The notes beneath the pieces are model-generated. The model was not told the origin of the DNA. It made no database searches and saw only the letters and a list, made by a program, of their open reading frames with translations. DNA of 37,192 nt from Octopus bimaculoides (lineage: Eukaryota): positions 48,205,273 to 48,242,464 of the forward strand of contig NC_068991.1 of NCBI RefSeq assembly GCF_001194135.2, written 5' to 3'. Position 1 is the stretch's first letter, and each line of letters starts with the position of its first letter. Below are positions 25,516 to 36,290 of this stretch, piece by piece. The translations under genes and the position numbers were made by a program.

Positions 25516-25757
25516 TGTAAGACGTGACTCTGTGGTAAGAAGCTTGCTCCCCAACCACATGGTTCTGGGTCCAGTCAAACTGCGTGACACCTTGGAGAAG
25601 TGTCTTCTACTACAACCTCGGGTCGACCAAAGCCTAGTGAGTGGATTTGGTAGACGGAAACTGAAAGAAGCTTCATGTGTGTGTCTGTGTTTGCCCCTAC
25701 CCTCCGGCCACTGCTTGACAACCGATGCTGATGTGTTAATGTCCCCGTAACAAAGCG
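25516..25757 (+). mobile_element. SINE family B, 5' portion (tRNA-like head plus CORE-like segment)
   Basis: gtggtaagaagcttgctccccaaccacatggttctgggtccagtc...caccttggagaagtgtcttctactac...gaccaaagcctagtgagtggatttggtagacggaaactgaaagaagc. Confidence 0.8.
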
Positions 25758-25852
25758 GGCCTCGGGAAAATTTGAACTCAGAATATAAAGACAGACGAAA
25801 TGCCGCTTAGCATTTTGCCCGGCGTGCTAATGATTCTGCCAGCTCGCTGTCT
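25758..25852 (-). mobile_element. SINE family A, 5' head only
   Basis: aatttgaactcagaatataaagacagacgaaatgccgcttagcattttgcccggcgtgctaatgattctgccagctcgc is the reverse complement of the 29697 head. Confidence 0.8.
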
Positions 25853-25879
25853 TAATGGAGTAGAATATATTATTGATAA

Positions 25880-26105
25880 TTTTATGTATATCATAAATTA
25901 AAGCAAGACTTCCGAGATTAGCGTGGATCCTTGTAGATGAGCTCGTTAAATCAATCCTCATTGAACTGGACAGGTCGGCCAGAACACGGAGAGTCTGTAT
26001 GGTCAAACTTCTCCTCCTCAGAGCGTGAAGTTCATTCAGCAATAGCGCCTTCTCCGTACACAGCACAAACATCTCGAAGGTTTTGGCAGTTTTGGAACCT
26101 AGATT
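25880..26105 (-). mobile_element. Mariner transposase N-terminal remnant (HTH region)
   Basis: The minus frame reads RDVCAVYGEGAIAE*T...FDHTDSPCSGRPVQFNED*FNELIYKDPR. This matches the mariner motif ICAVYGE...FDL.D.PRSGRP. Confidence 0.7.
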
Positions 26106-26309
26106 GAAAGCGAAGAGAGGCAAATGTAGAAAATAATTATTTCTTCTACTTGGCATTCCACCATCATATGTCTGAAAAGAAGTAAAGTTTATTGAAACTT
26201 AGAAGAAGAATGGGGCTACAGAAGCAAAAGCATAAAGCACTGTGCTAAAATGTTTCGTGTTAATTCAAATGACATTGGAAGGAGACGAATGAATTTATCT
26301 GACAGCTCA

Positions 26310-26498
26310 ATATTGGTTTCAAATTTTGGCACAAGGCCAGCAAGTTTGGAGAAGAGACTAGCCGATTACATCAACCCCAGTACTGAACTGGTACTTATTT
26401 TATCGACTCCTAAAAAATGCAAGGCAAAGTCAACCTTGGCGGAATTTGAACTCAGAACGTAAAGACGGACGAAGTGCCACAAAGCATTTTGCCCGGCG
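26310..26498 (-). mobile_element. SINE family A copy, missing the extreme 5' end
   Basis: ggtttcaaattttggcacaaggccagc...gaactggtacttattttatcgac...gcaaagtcaaccttggcggaatttgaactcagaacgtaaagacggacgaa. Confidence 0.85.
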
Positions 26499-26520
26499 TC
26501 CGAAATGACAACCCAATATT

Positions 26521-26905
26521 GTTTGCTGGCACTCCGTTGCTTACGACGTCGAGGGTTCCAGTTGATCCGATCAACGGAACAGCCTGCTCGTGAAATTAAC
26601 GTGCAAGTGGCTGAGCACTCCATAGACACGTGTATCCTTAACGTAGTACTCGGGGATATTCAGCGTGACACAGAGTGTGACAAGGTTGACCCTTTGAAAT
26701 ACAGGTACAACAGAAACAGGAAGTAAAAGTGAGGGAAAGTTGTGGTGAAAGAGTACAGCAGAGTTCGCCACCATCCCCTGCCGGAGCCTCGTGGAGCTTT
26801 AGGTGTTTTCGCGCAATAAACACTCACAATGCCCGGTCTGGGAATCGAAACCGCGATCCTATGACCGCGAGTCCGCTGCCCTAACCACTGGGCCATTGCA
26901 CCCCC
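26521..26905 (-). mobile_element. Full-length tRNA-derived SINE family C with a 13-bp target-site duplication
   Basis: The minus-strand head reads gggggtgcaaTGGCCCAGTGGttagggcagcggactcgcggtcataggatcgcGGTTTCGATTCCcagacc (A and B boxes). The direct repeat ACAACCCAATATT lies at 26508-26520 and 26910-26922. Confidence 0.9.
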
Positions 26906-27592
26906 ACTTACAACCCAATATTAACCACAAGGAATGATCGAACTCAGTGCAACAAATTAACAAAACACTAGAAAAGTGTTCGTTGCTGAATGCTGAAATT
27001 GAAATGGAGGCTGTGTTATCTATTTACATCTACGTAGGCAGAACAGTTTTCCTTTTAGAGTTTAAACCTTCTCTGGCCGTAGGATACATTACCGCAGATG
27101 CCTCAATATGAAGATACAGATAAGAATCGTTGACCCTTTCAATCGACATTGCGATACGATGCTAACCTAGTCATTTGAAGCTTCCCTTGTTTACTGCACT
27201 TCATCCTTTTCAGAATATCTAATGAGAAAACAAACAAACAAATTGACGGATATTTTGCTTTATGCAACGACGTGTCAAGCTCCCTCGCTTAATAAGCTGA
27301 AAGTTAGTTAATTAATTAGAGAAAAATGTGATGGCAACTATATTCATAATTAATTAGGAATTGCGAAGAAAATAGCGAACAACGGAAACGCTTATTTCGA
27401 AATATGTGTCCATGCATCACACGCGCGCGCACACAGAGGGACAATTTATATTATAATTTATATACATATGTATATAAATATGCATATGTACCGGTATATA
27501 TCTGTACCCATACAATCACATATATGTACATGTGTGTGTATGTGTATATACGCATAGCTATATATATATGTACTCACACATAACTATACTTA

Positions 27593-28508
27593 CGAGGTGG
27601 TATCAAAAAGTTCCAGGGTTAATTATTCTTGGTAATAAAAAATAACTTATTTACCTAAGCCTTAACATCATCTCCTTCAAAATAGTCACCCTGCGCAAGA
27701 ATACACCGGTTCCAGCGTTTCTGCCACTGTTGGAATCCGGCCTGAAAGTCGTTTTCCGTAAGCTGGTCGAGGACCTTCTGCGATTCGTACTGTATCTTGA
27801 CAACGGTGTTAAAACGGCGACCTTTGAGTTGCCTTTTCGTCTTGGGGGAAGAGATGAAATGCCACAGGTGCTAAATCTAGCGAATAGGGTGGGTGCGGAA
27901 GTGATACCATGTTGTTTTTTGGTGAGAAACTCATGAGTGAGGGGAACTCGGTGACAGAGTGTATTGTCATCGTCAAGAATCCAGTTTTTCGCGCTCCGGT
28001 TACTTTTGTCAAATATCCTACCTCAAACACTTCAAAACATTGCAGTAGAACTCTCAAGTGACGGTCTGGCCCTGGGGAATGACTTCTCGATGCACAGTAT
28101 TATGTGTCCGGGGATGACGCTCATGGCAGGTCTTCCAGACCGCTCATCGTCTTTCTGGGACGTTCTTCTGCTTTTGAAGCGCCCGTGCCACTCGAGACAT
28201 TGCGTACGACCCATTGCCTTATCGCCGTAAGCTTGCCGAAGCATGCTCAATGTTATTGTAGCAGACCTCCCAAGTTTAACGCAAAATTTTACGTTGGTTC
28301 TTTCTTTGTTCCAACTCTCTGTCCGTGGAAAAAGTCGCAGACTACAGCATACATGTGAGTACAGAAGCACAAATTTCACAACGTGCGAAGTAAATACAGC
28401 GATGTCACTCGGCACACTGCCTCATGAAGGTCACTGCTAGCTCTCACTGTGCACGCAGCCGTATGCTGTCTTACAAAACTAGTCCGAGAACTTTTTGATC
28501 CCACTTCG
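27593..28508 (-). mobile_element. Internally deleted mariner DNA transposon with TIRs and TA target duplication
   Basis: The TIRs are CGAGGTGGTATCAAAAAGTTCC / CGAAGTGGGATCAAAAAGTTCT, each flanked by TA. The N-terminus reads ERTNVKFCVKLGRSAT...YGDKAM...EWHGRFK...DDERSGRP. The C-terminus reads LPHPPYSLDLAP...FQQWQKRWNRCILAQGDYFEGD. The central region is missing. Confidence 0.93.
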
Positions 28509-29696
28509 TATAGAGATAGATAGACAGACAGATAGACAGACCATTATTAGAAACTGAAGTATCTTGAAGCGTTATTTTATTATTATATGCAAAACACGAT
28601 ATATCTATTTCTTTGGAAAAAAATACGTAATATTTTTATATGACTTCAGTTACATATGTGTAAAAACACAGGATCAAGGAATGTGAGTATTTTTTAATGC
28701 AGTTTTGATGTTGATGAATAACTGAATGTTATTTTTTTTTCTATATTTGATCAGAACCTTCAGGGTATGTGAAATCAATTATGTGGGAAATATGCTATTT
28801 GATCCAGACAGTAGTTCGAGATACCTTAATAGACGTAGATGGAAGTAACTGAAAAAATTCGCCCATTCCGAAAAATATTTTAAATTTAAATTATGCACTT
28901 GAAACAATCTTACGTTAAAATACTGCTATATATAACAGTTATAATTGTATAAAAAAAAAAACAAAACGGAGCGGCATTAGCTGTGATATTTTTTTCTCTG
29001 AGGAAATTCTTAGACAGATTTAAGTGTTAAAAACACAGGGTTTCGCTCATACATGGGTGTTTCAACTTGATTTGATCTCCTTGTTGACGAATAGTCTGGG
29101 TGTTCTGAACTAAGCTGTGAACGGTAGACAGAGAAATCGATAAACAAAACATTTACTGATTTGTACGAAAGCTAGCCAGGCTAAAATTGTATTACTATAC
29201 CCACTTGAAATAACCTTAGATTTACATACCGGTATGTCTAATATTTTAATGCGTATACAAACATGGAACGGTACTAGTTGTAATATTTTGCCTCAGAGAA
29301 CTTTTTAAAGAGATGTGTGTGATAAAAGAACAGGGCTTCGCTCAGAACGTAGATGAGTCGCTAGCACAGCGTTTCCACCTGATTTGATCACAATTTTAAA
29401 CTTTAAAAATATCTTTTCCCTTCCGTTGTGGACACAGAGAATAAGTATTTTCATAAGTCTGTACTGTTCGGTAGAATGATCTCAGTATAACGTTGTACAT
29501 ATCCATTTTTAACATGTTCCCGCAGATTTGAATATGCGTATGTTAGTCAATCTTTTATTTCGCCTTCGGGGAACAACTTTGAATGTTTGAATGCATACAC
29601 CACATGTTTACACTGCATGGACTTTCAGACGATGTGTGTTGACAACACACGCAATTCAGTGACGTAGAACTGGGACAATATAATAGTATGCCCGAA

Positions 29697-29915
29697 GACG
29701 GTGAGCTGGTAGAAACGTTAGCACGCCGGGCGAAATGCTTAACGGTATTTCATCTGTCTTTACTTTCTGAGTTCAAATTCCACTGAGGTCGACTTTGCCT
29801 TTCATTCTTTCGGGGTCGATAAATTAAATACCAGTTGCGTACTGGGGTCGATCTAATCGACTGGCCCTTCCCCTCCGAAATTCCAGGCCTTGTGCCTAGA
29901 GTAGAAAAGAATATA
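29697..29915 (+). mobile_element. Well-preserved SINE family A copy
   Basis: ggtgagctggtagaaacgttagcacgccgggcgaaatgc...gagttcaaattcc (B box) actgaggtcgactttgcctttcattctttcggggtcgataaattaaataccag...aggccttgtgcctagagtagaaaagaata. Confidence 0.9.
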
Positions 29916-31151
29916 ATAGTATGTCCGTTAATAACTAAATGTCTTCTTGAGAAAACTTTAGTTTTCGGGAGAGACGATATTCCAATTAGTGATTCCAGCA
30001 TTAATATTACTATGCATGCAAGGGAATCATTTCTATGATACACTAATTAGATGGAATGACCGGCTATATATACATATATATNNNNNNNNNNNNNNNNNNN
30101 NNNNNNNNNNNNNNNNNNNNNNNNNNNNNNNNNNNNNNNNNNNNNNNNNNNNNNNNNNNNNNNNNNNNNNNNNNNNNNNNNNNNNNNNNNNNNNNNNNNN
30201 NNNNNNNNNNNNNNNNNNNNNNNNNNNNNNNNNNNNNNNNNNNNNNNNNNNNNNNNNNNNNNNNNNNNNNNNNNNNNNNNNNNNNNNNNNNNNNNNNNNN
30301 NNNNNNNNNNNNNNNNNNNNNNNNNNNNNNNNNNNNNNNNNNNNNNNNNNNNNNNNNNNNNNNNNNNNNNNNNNNNNNNNNNNNNNNNNNNNNNNNNNNN
30401 NNNNNNNNNNNNNNNNNNNNNNNNNNNNNNNNNNNNNNNNNNNNNNNNNNNNNNNNNNNNNNNNNNNNNNNNNNNNNNNNNNNNNNNNNNNNNNNNNNNN
30501 NNNNNNNNNNNNNNNNNNNNNNNNNNNNNNNNNNNNNNNNNNNNNNNNNNNNNNNNNNNNNNNNNNNNNNNNNNNNNNNNNNNNNNNNNNNNNNNNNNNN
30601 NNNNNNNNNNNNNNNNNNNNNNNNNNNNNNNNNNNNNNNNNNNNNNNNNNNNNNNNNNNNNNNNNNNNNNNNNNNNNNNNNNNNNNNNNNNNNNNNNNNN
30701 NNNNNNNNNNNNNNNNNNNNNNNNNNNNNNNNNNNNNNNNNNNNNNNNNNNNNNNNNNNNNNNNNNNNNNNNNNNNNNNNNNNNNNNNNNNNNNNNNNNN
30801 NNNNNNNNNNNNNNNNNNNNNNNNNNNNNNNNNNNNNNNNNNNNNNNNNNNNNNNNNNNNNNNNNNNNNNNNNNNNNNNNNNNNNNNNNNNNNNNNNNNN
30901 NNNNNNNNNNNNNNNNNNNNNNNNNNNNNNNNNNNNNNNNNNNNNNNNNNNNNNNNNNNNNNNNNNNNNNNNNNNNNNNNNNNNNNNNNNNNNNNNNNNN
31001 NNNNNNNNNNNNNNNNNNNNNNNNNNNNNNNNNNNNNNNNNNCTATGTATATGTATGTATGTATGTATGTACGTATAAATATAAAAATATAAAAGGAGCA
31101 AAAATACTGGAGACTCAGTATACACCACGTGGCAAAATTATGAGTTGAAAA

Positions 31152-31990
31152 TATGTGAAAAACATATATGCAAAGTGGAAGAGAAATGCCTTGTTTCAAT
31201 AGTTTAATATCTTTTTATAAGGAAATTTATATATATATATATATTTTTTTTTATGGATGTCCAACCGGTTTTCGCTATTCAAATTAGCTTTTCAAGGGAC
31301 ATTGTGAAGTAATCATTTCTTGTGACAAAGGGGTTTCGCCATTTTGGATATTTGAAAAGGAAGAATGAGTCTAGAGAGTGGACAAAGGGAGGCAACAGGT
31401 GGCAGGGGGGGGGGACAACTAACTCCCCAGTGCACTTGTTGAAATAGGAATGTATAAGGGTCAGGTAGTCAAGTTTGTATATTAAGGTGTGGTCTGTACT
31501 TTTGTTTGAACAGGTTTTCCTTGTTTAGGCATTCTTGTACGGAGATTGAATCTTTGCATTGATATGATGGAAAGATATGGAAATTTCTTGCGATATGTTC
31601 GCTCAGAACTATCTACCTGTATTGAGGAAAACGAATTTGTTCTTTATGCAGCGTGACTCTGCGTCTCAAAGTGAGGCTCGTTTGACCCTACACATTCCTA
31701 TTTCAACAATTATACTCAGGAGTTAGTTGTTCCCCTTGCTTCCCTTTGTCCACTGTCTAGATTCATTCTTACTTTTCAAGTTTCCAAAATGACAAAACCC
31801 GTTTGTCACAAGAAATGATTACTTCACAATATCCTTTGAAAAGCTAATTTAAATAGTTAAAACCAGTTTGATATCACGACATTCATAAAATCTGTATATA
31901 TATATTTAAAGAAAATTCTTTATAAAAAGATATTAAACAATGTGAAACGAAGGCATTTCTCTTTCACTTTTTATATATGTTTTCCATATA
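31152..31990 (-). mobile_element. 5'-truncated Penelope-like element: GIY-YIG C-terminus between inverted ~310 bp tail copies
   Basis: The minus frame 31678-31469 reads LRRRVTLHKEQIRFPQYR*IVLSEHIARNFHIFPSYQC...NKENLFKQKYRPHLNIQT*, resembling a PLE GIY-YIG C-terminus. The arms 31152-31465 and 31680-31990 are reverse complements (e.g. ttgtgaagtaatcatttcttgtgacaaa / tttgtcacaagaaatgattacttcacaa). Confidence 0.85.
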
Positions 31991-31996
31991 TATATT

Positions 31997-32029
<33 letters not shown>

Positions 32030-32076
32030 ATGTGTGTGTGCGTGCGCGTGTATATATGTATATATATATATGTATA

Positions 32077-32110
<34 letters not shown>

Positions 32111-32189
32111 NNNNNNNNNNNNNNNNNNNNNNNNNNNNNNNNNNNNNNNNNNNNNNNNNNNNAGACGCTCGGGAAAGGAAAGAGAGAGA

Positions 32190-32234
<45 letters not shown>

Positions 32235-32237
<3 letters not shown>

Positions 32238-32415
32238 AGAATTCACAAAAAACTAAAAGACGAAGACAAGTGGTGTAGACAACAAACAGATGTATTAGTT
32301 TAACGCTCGGGAAGTGAAAGAAGTCTTTACCATTTCGAGCCTACGCTCTTCCACAGAAAGGAGCACAGAAAGAATGAAGGAGAGAAAATAAAGAATGTGT
32401 AGTGGCTAGCGATCT
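32235..32415 (-). mobile_element. Penelope-like 3' tail fragment with a hammerhead-like motif
   Basis: The minus strand reads ctgtggaa-gagc-gtag-gctc-gaaa (32356-32333) followed by a pyrimidine-rich tail. A partial second copy (acgctcgggaa) lies at ~32165. Confidence 0.6.
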
Positions 32416-32419
32416 GTCA

Positions 32420-32620
32420 TATATATATAAAGCCTCCATCGGTGAAGGTTGACCAAAGAGCTGCGTATGAATGTGTAAGGCCTATAAAAAATTGTTAGAA
32501 AACTGGCAGTTACCTAGGTATGCAAGTCTTCCCTCTCTACGCCACAGATGCTCATCCGAGGATAAGATTACCGACTTGGGCCGATACTATTTGGTAACAG
32601 TGTCGCGTTGTAGGTGTTGT
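32420..32620 (+). mobile_element. Probable RTE-clade LINE 5' region remnant
   Basis: ctctctacgccacagatg...gggccgatactatttggtaacagtgtcgc is shared with 36090-36165. It resembles 5' regions I recall from RTE elements. Confidence 0.45.
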
Positions 32621-32739
32621 AAGAATGTAAAACGCCAGATCAGAGATCTGAAGGTATTTTATTCGAATCTTCAACCCTGCTGCCAGTCCATTTTCCTGAA
32701 CTAGTACATCTTTCGTCGACAGCAAAAAAAAAAAAAGAA

Positions 32740-32847
32740 AAGCAAAGTTGACCACAGTGAGATTTGAACTCACAACGTAAAGTATCAGATATAATATTGC
32801 GGGACATCTTACTCAACACTCTAATAACTCTGCCAGTTCTCTGCCTT
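32740..32847 (-). mobile_element. Degenerate SINE family A head
   Basis: gcaaagttgaccacagtgagatttgaactcacaacgtaaag...ctctaataactctgccagttc. Confidence 0.6.
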
Positions 32848-33258
32848 CATCTCGTTCACATATAACTTTAACCTCTAAAATTTAAAGTCAGAGGTACGGA
32901 ACAATCATTATCATTGGTCTTCCTTTAAGATAGTAAGCAGTGATTTGTGATGGGCTTAGCTGCTATTACTTGTAGGTCAAATAAGAACGTAGATACTCAC
33001 TGATTCGCTCTGATTTATTTTGTTGTTTTGTGAGGTCAATGTAGTGGACGAAATTTAGAAGGTTCCTCTATGTGGTCGCTCGAATTACTAAAAATGAACT
33101 GTTAAATCTTCCACAAATCAAACCTTATCGTCAAATAAGATACAATCGTCCTAGCAAAAAGGATGTTCATGACTAGGAAGCCTTTGGTCGTCGTCGTCGT
33201 TGTCGTCTATGTCGTCGTCGACATCGTCATCATCATCGTCATAATAATAATAATAATG

Positions 33259-33332
<74 letters not shown>

Positions 33333-33333
<1 letters not shown>

Positions 33334-33668
33334 TGTGGCACCTCAAGGCGACTACCGTACCAGTGATTGTAGGATCTCTAGGAATGATAAAAAAAGGTAC
33401 TGAAACTTATTTGAAAATGATACCAGGCTTACTATCCCTACAGGAAGTGCAAAAAATCGTGTTAACTGGAACGACTCATGTACTGAGAAGAGCATTATCG
33501 CTGTGAAAACAACATCCATTCATGAATTTTTTTTATTTATTAATTTTTTTAAAAATACATATTTTACCTGTAAATTTGCGTGTGTAAACTGGGAATGCCC
33601 TAGGTGTACAGAAAACACTCGGCGAGAAATGGAAGAAAATTTGAAGAAAGAAGAAAGAAAAACAACAA
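33333..33668 (+). mobile_element. Short 5'-truncated R4/Dong-like LINE 3' end inserted in (TAA)n
   Basis: MWHLKATTVPVIVGSLGMIKKGTETYLKMIPGLLSLQEVQKIVLTGTTHVLRRALSL* (33333-33506), homologous to the peptide at 3-173. (TAA)n lies on both sides (33241-33332 and ~33669-33720). Confidence 0.88.
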
Positions 33669-33669
33669 C

Positions 33670-33703
<34 letters not shown>

Positions 33704-33720
33704 CAACAATAATAATAATT

Positions 33721-34318
33721 AATTCGTTTATTGGCCACAAAGGCTTACATAAAATTACATTAAAACGCATACAACATAAAAGTCAAAACAGGACGATACA
33801 ATGGGTTTTACAACGTGTAAACAATATATATAACGATTAAAAAGTTTACAGATGCACGCTCAGAATTGGTCCTTTCCTACTGGCCATTCTTCCAACATTC
33901 ACCCACCTTTCAACAAACTTGTTACAAGGCAGCACTTCCCTCTTCACCCTCAACTTCCTTTTCAAGTGAACTTGAAAAAGCTGATGAGGGCTTGGCCAAA
34001 GAGGAAAGTGCCTGTCTTTAGTCCTTTCAAACGGGTCCACCATGCTACCTCTTTCGCTACAGCCAATAGACAAATAAAGATTGCCTTTCCCTCCCGGCTA
34101 AAAGAGGGCAGCGGAGCAATCTTCACAATTGATTCAGATGATAGCCGGATCCGTCCTACACGCGACAGCAGGTGTTCGACATAAACCCACAGGTCAGCAA
34201 TACTCGGGCACTGAACTAGGGCGTGCAGAACGGTTTCATCGTTCTGGACGCACCTCGGACAGGCCCGGCTAACGGCACTTCTGTGCCTGTAAAGTTTATC
34301 TCGAACAGGCAGCACACC
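33721..34318 (-). mobile_element. Tx1/L1-clade LINE 3' end (zinc knuckle plus short 3' UTR) ending in (ATT)n
   Basis: GVLPVRDKLYRHRSAVSRACPRCVQNDETVLHALVQC...AKEVAWWTRLKG is homologous to the 20922 copy. The 3' end reads gcctttgtggccAATAAAcgaatt and then (ATT)n. Confidence 0.9.
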
Positions 34319-34349
34319 TAGATATTACTGCCAATAATGATTATAATAA

Positions 34350-34551
34350 TAATGGTTTCAAATTTTACCACAAGGGCAGCAGTTTGTGGGGAGGGAATGA
34401 GTTGATTACATTAACTGGTATTTATTTTATCGACCTCCGTGAGGATGAACGGTAAAGTCGACATAGGGCAGAATTTGAACTCAGAAAGTAGCGACGGGTG
34501 AAATACCACTAAACATTTCGTCCAGAGCGCTAACGATTCTGCCAGCTCACC
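34350..34551 (-). mobile_element. Near full-length SINE family A whose (ATT)n tail points into the LINE stack
   Basis: ggtttcaaattttaccacaagggcagc...aactggtatttattttatcgacc...aaagtcgac...aatttgaactcagaa...gctaacgattctgccagctcacc. Confidence 0.85.
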
Positions 34552-34757
34552 ATATTTTACCAGAAACTCACATCTCAAAGTTTTATAACCTGTTTCATAA
34601 TACTTTTATCAATGTCTATATTTTACGAGAAGTTTACATCTCAAATGCTTCTGATCAATTTCATAAAACATTTGTTTATGTCCATATTTTACAAGATGCT
34701 CATATCTCAAAAATTTCTAATTCATAATACTTTTGCTAGTATCCATATTCTAGCAGC
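34551..34757. repeat. Degenerate ~66-bp tandem repeat, about 3 units
   Basis: Units begin catattttac/tatattttac and contain catctcaaa and ttcataa.acttt. Confidence 0.7.
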
Positions 34758-34789
34758 ATTCCGTAGAATGGACGACGTATAATACTTCA

Positions 34790-35340
34790 ATACTTTTTCT
34801 GATTTCAAATTTGTTTCTGGATGTTAGTGTGCTTGATATTTTTCTAATGACTTTCTGACTATCTCAATCCTTCTTTCGATTCCTGCTTCACGTTTCTTGT
34901 GTCCTTGTTACATATATCCCAGCTGTATTATCTTCAGTGTCTGTTCATTTGACATTTCCTCAGTTTTAATATTTATTTTGCAATATTTATATTGTTGTTG
35001 CTAGCTCATTGCCATTGACTTTGTTTTCTTTAAATTTATTTTCATTCCCTAGAGCATTTTTTTGCCATTTGCTGTGGTCCCTAGATTCTCCAGGCTATCA
35101 CTGTTGAAGGATAATGGCAAATCGGTTACATATCTAACTTTTGTTTATGTTCATAAGTTCAGTTACCGTTCCTGGCAAGTATTCTGCATCCCTGAAGATC
35201 TTATTAGTACAGGGATTAAATAGGATAGAGGATAGTGCAGATCTTTGGTTTATTGCTTTGTTTTAAATCTTGAGATTTCTTCCTTGTAACTCTTACCACC
35301 AATGTTCATTCCCAGAACTTTTATTTGTTATTTGAGTGTA
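34790..35340 (-). mobile_element. Degraded RTE-clade LINE reverse transcriptase fragment
   Basis: Across frameshifts the minus strand reads NQRSALSSILFNPCTNKIFRDAEYLPG...NIN...RYVTDL...MKINLKKTKSMAMS. These correspond to the QGCVLSP, YADD and GL.IN..KTK boxes in degenerate form. Confidence 0.72.
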
Positions 35341-35999
35341 TTCTACACATATCCCGAGTTTTAATGGATATTCGATCATCTTTGCATGTTTTACTCAGCG
35401 AAATACTTTGGTTTGGTCTAGAATGCAAATGTAAGCATTTTAATTTATATTTGTAACTTATTGTGATACATATTTCTAGAGCTTGATTCACATCTACATA
35501 TAAATAATCTACATATAAATATCTACATATAAATAATAATTGATATCTACACCTCTAACAAATTTTGTTTTGGGGTTAAACATTTCATGAGTTCTTCCTC
35601 TTAGGAACTGATTGATCTTACTATTTGGAAAGAAATATTTTTAGGGACAATGACATTGCCAAGCAGATCTTGTTGCACTAATGTTTATAAAATGAGTGCA
35701 TGTGGTGTGATGAGTATTAACTTCTAGAGTTTCCCTCAAGTAAAGGAAAACAAATTTAACTTCCGTGGGCATTTGATATTTTAAAGCTAGAAGACGAAAC
35801 TAAATATTTCATGGCATTTAATCCAACATTCTGTACAATCACATATACAATTTACGATTTAGAACAATAACAGTTTTACAATACATCCAAGTAAATAATG
35901 CTAACATGTGAAGATTGTGAATTAACTCAACTTTGCTGTCACTGAATGCAGTAACATTAGAAGGACATTTTTAGCGGCCTCCATATGTCTCTCCAGACC

Positions 36000-36290
36000 A
36001 TAGATCTGCACATTGAAAGTTTCACCCCGATGCACAAACCTGAGCAAGGGTTTATTATGGAAGACCGGTAGATGTCCATTCAGGAAGTTTCTACTCTCCA
36101 CGCCACCGGTATTGTTCAATGAAGGAAATGAGGGCCGAGATAGCTTGGCACCAGTGTCGTGACAGGCGAACTCACAACGCAAATTAGGGGACAAATGGTT
36201 CAAAATATTCCAGCCAAAGCTCTAAAATTTCCACCATTCTGGAACTTGGAGGGATTGGAACACAAATCACAAAGAAATGGGCCAAATATT
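36000..36290 (+). mobile_element. Probable RTE-clade LINE 5' remnant (UTR plus start of the APE domain)
   Basis: ctctccacgccaccgg...gggccgagatagcttggcaccagtgtcg is followed by KALKFPPFWNLEGL, resembling the LKI.TWNVR.L start of an APE domain. It is homologous to 32420-32620. Confidence 0.45.

Noticed and set aside
25827-26156. 109-aa minus-strand ORF that looked like a host exon
   Set aside because: Another frame of the same DNA is a clear mariner transposase remnant.
26840-26905. tRNA-like sequence with A and B boxes
   Set aside because: It is the head of a SINE with body, tail and TSD, not a stand-alone tRNA gene.
29025-29395. Short imperfect direct repeat (acaggg.ttcgctca...tgatttgatc) at ~29030 and ~29325
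   Set aside because: Short and interrupted; I could not assign it to an element or LTR pair.
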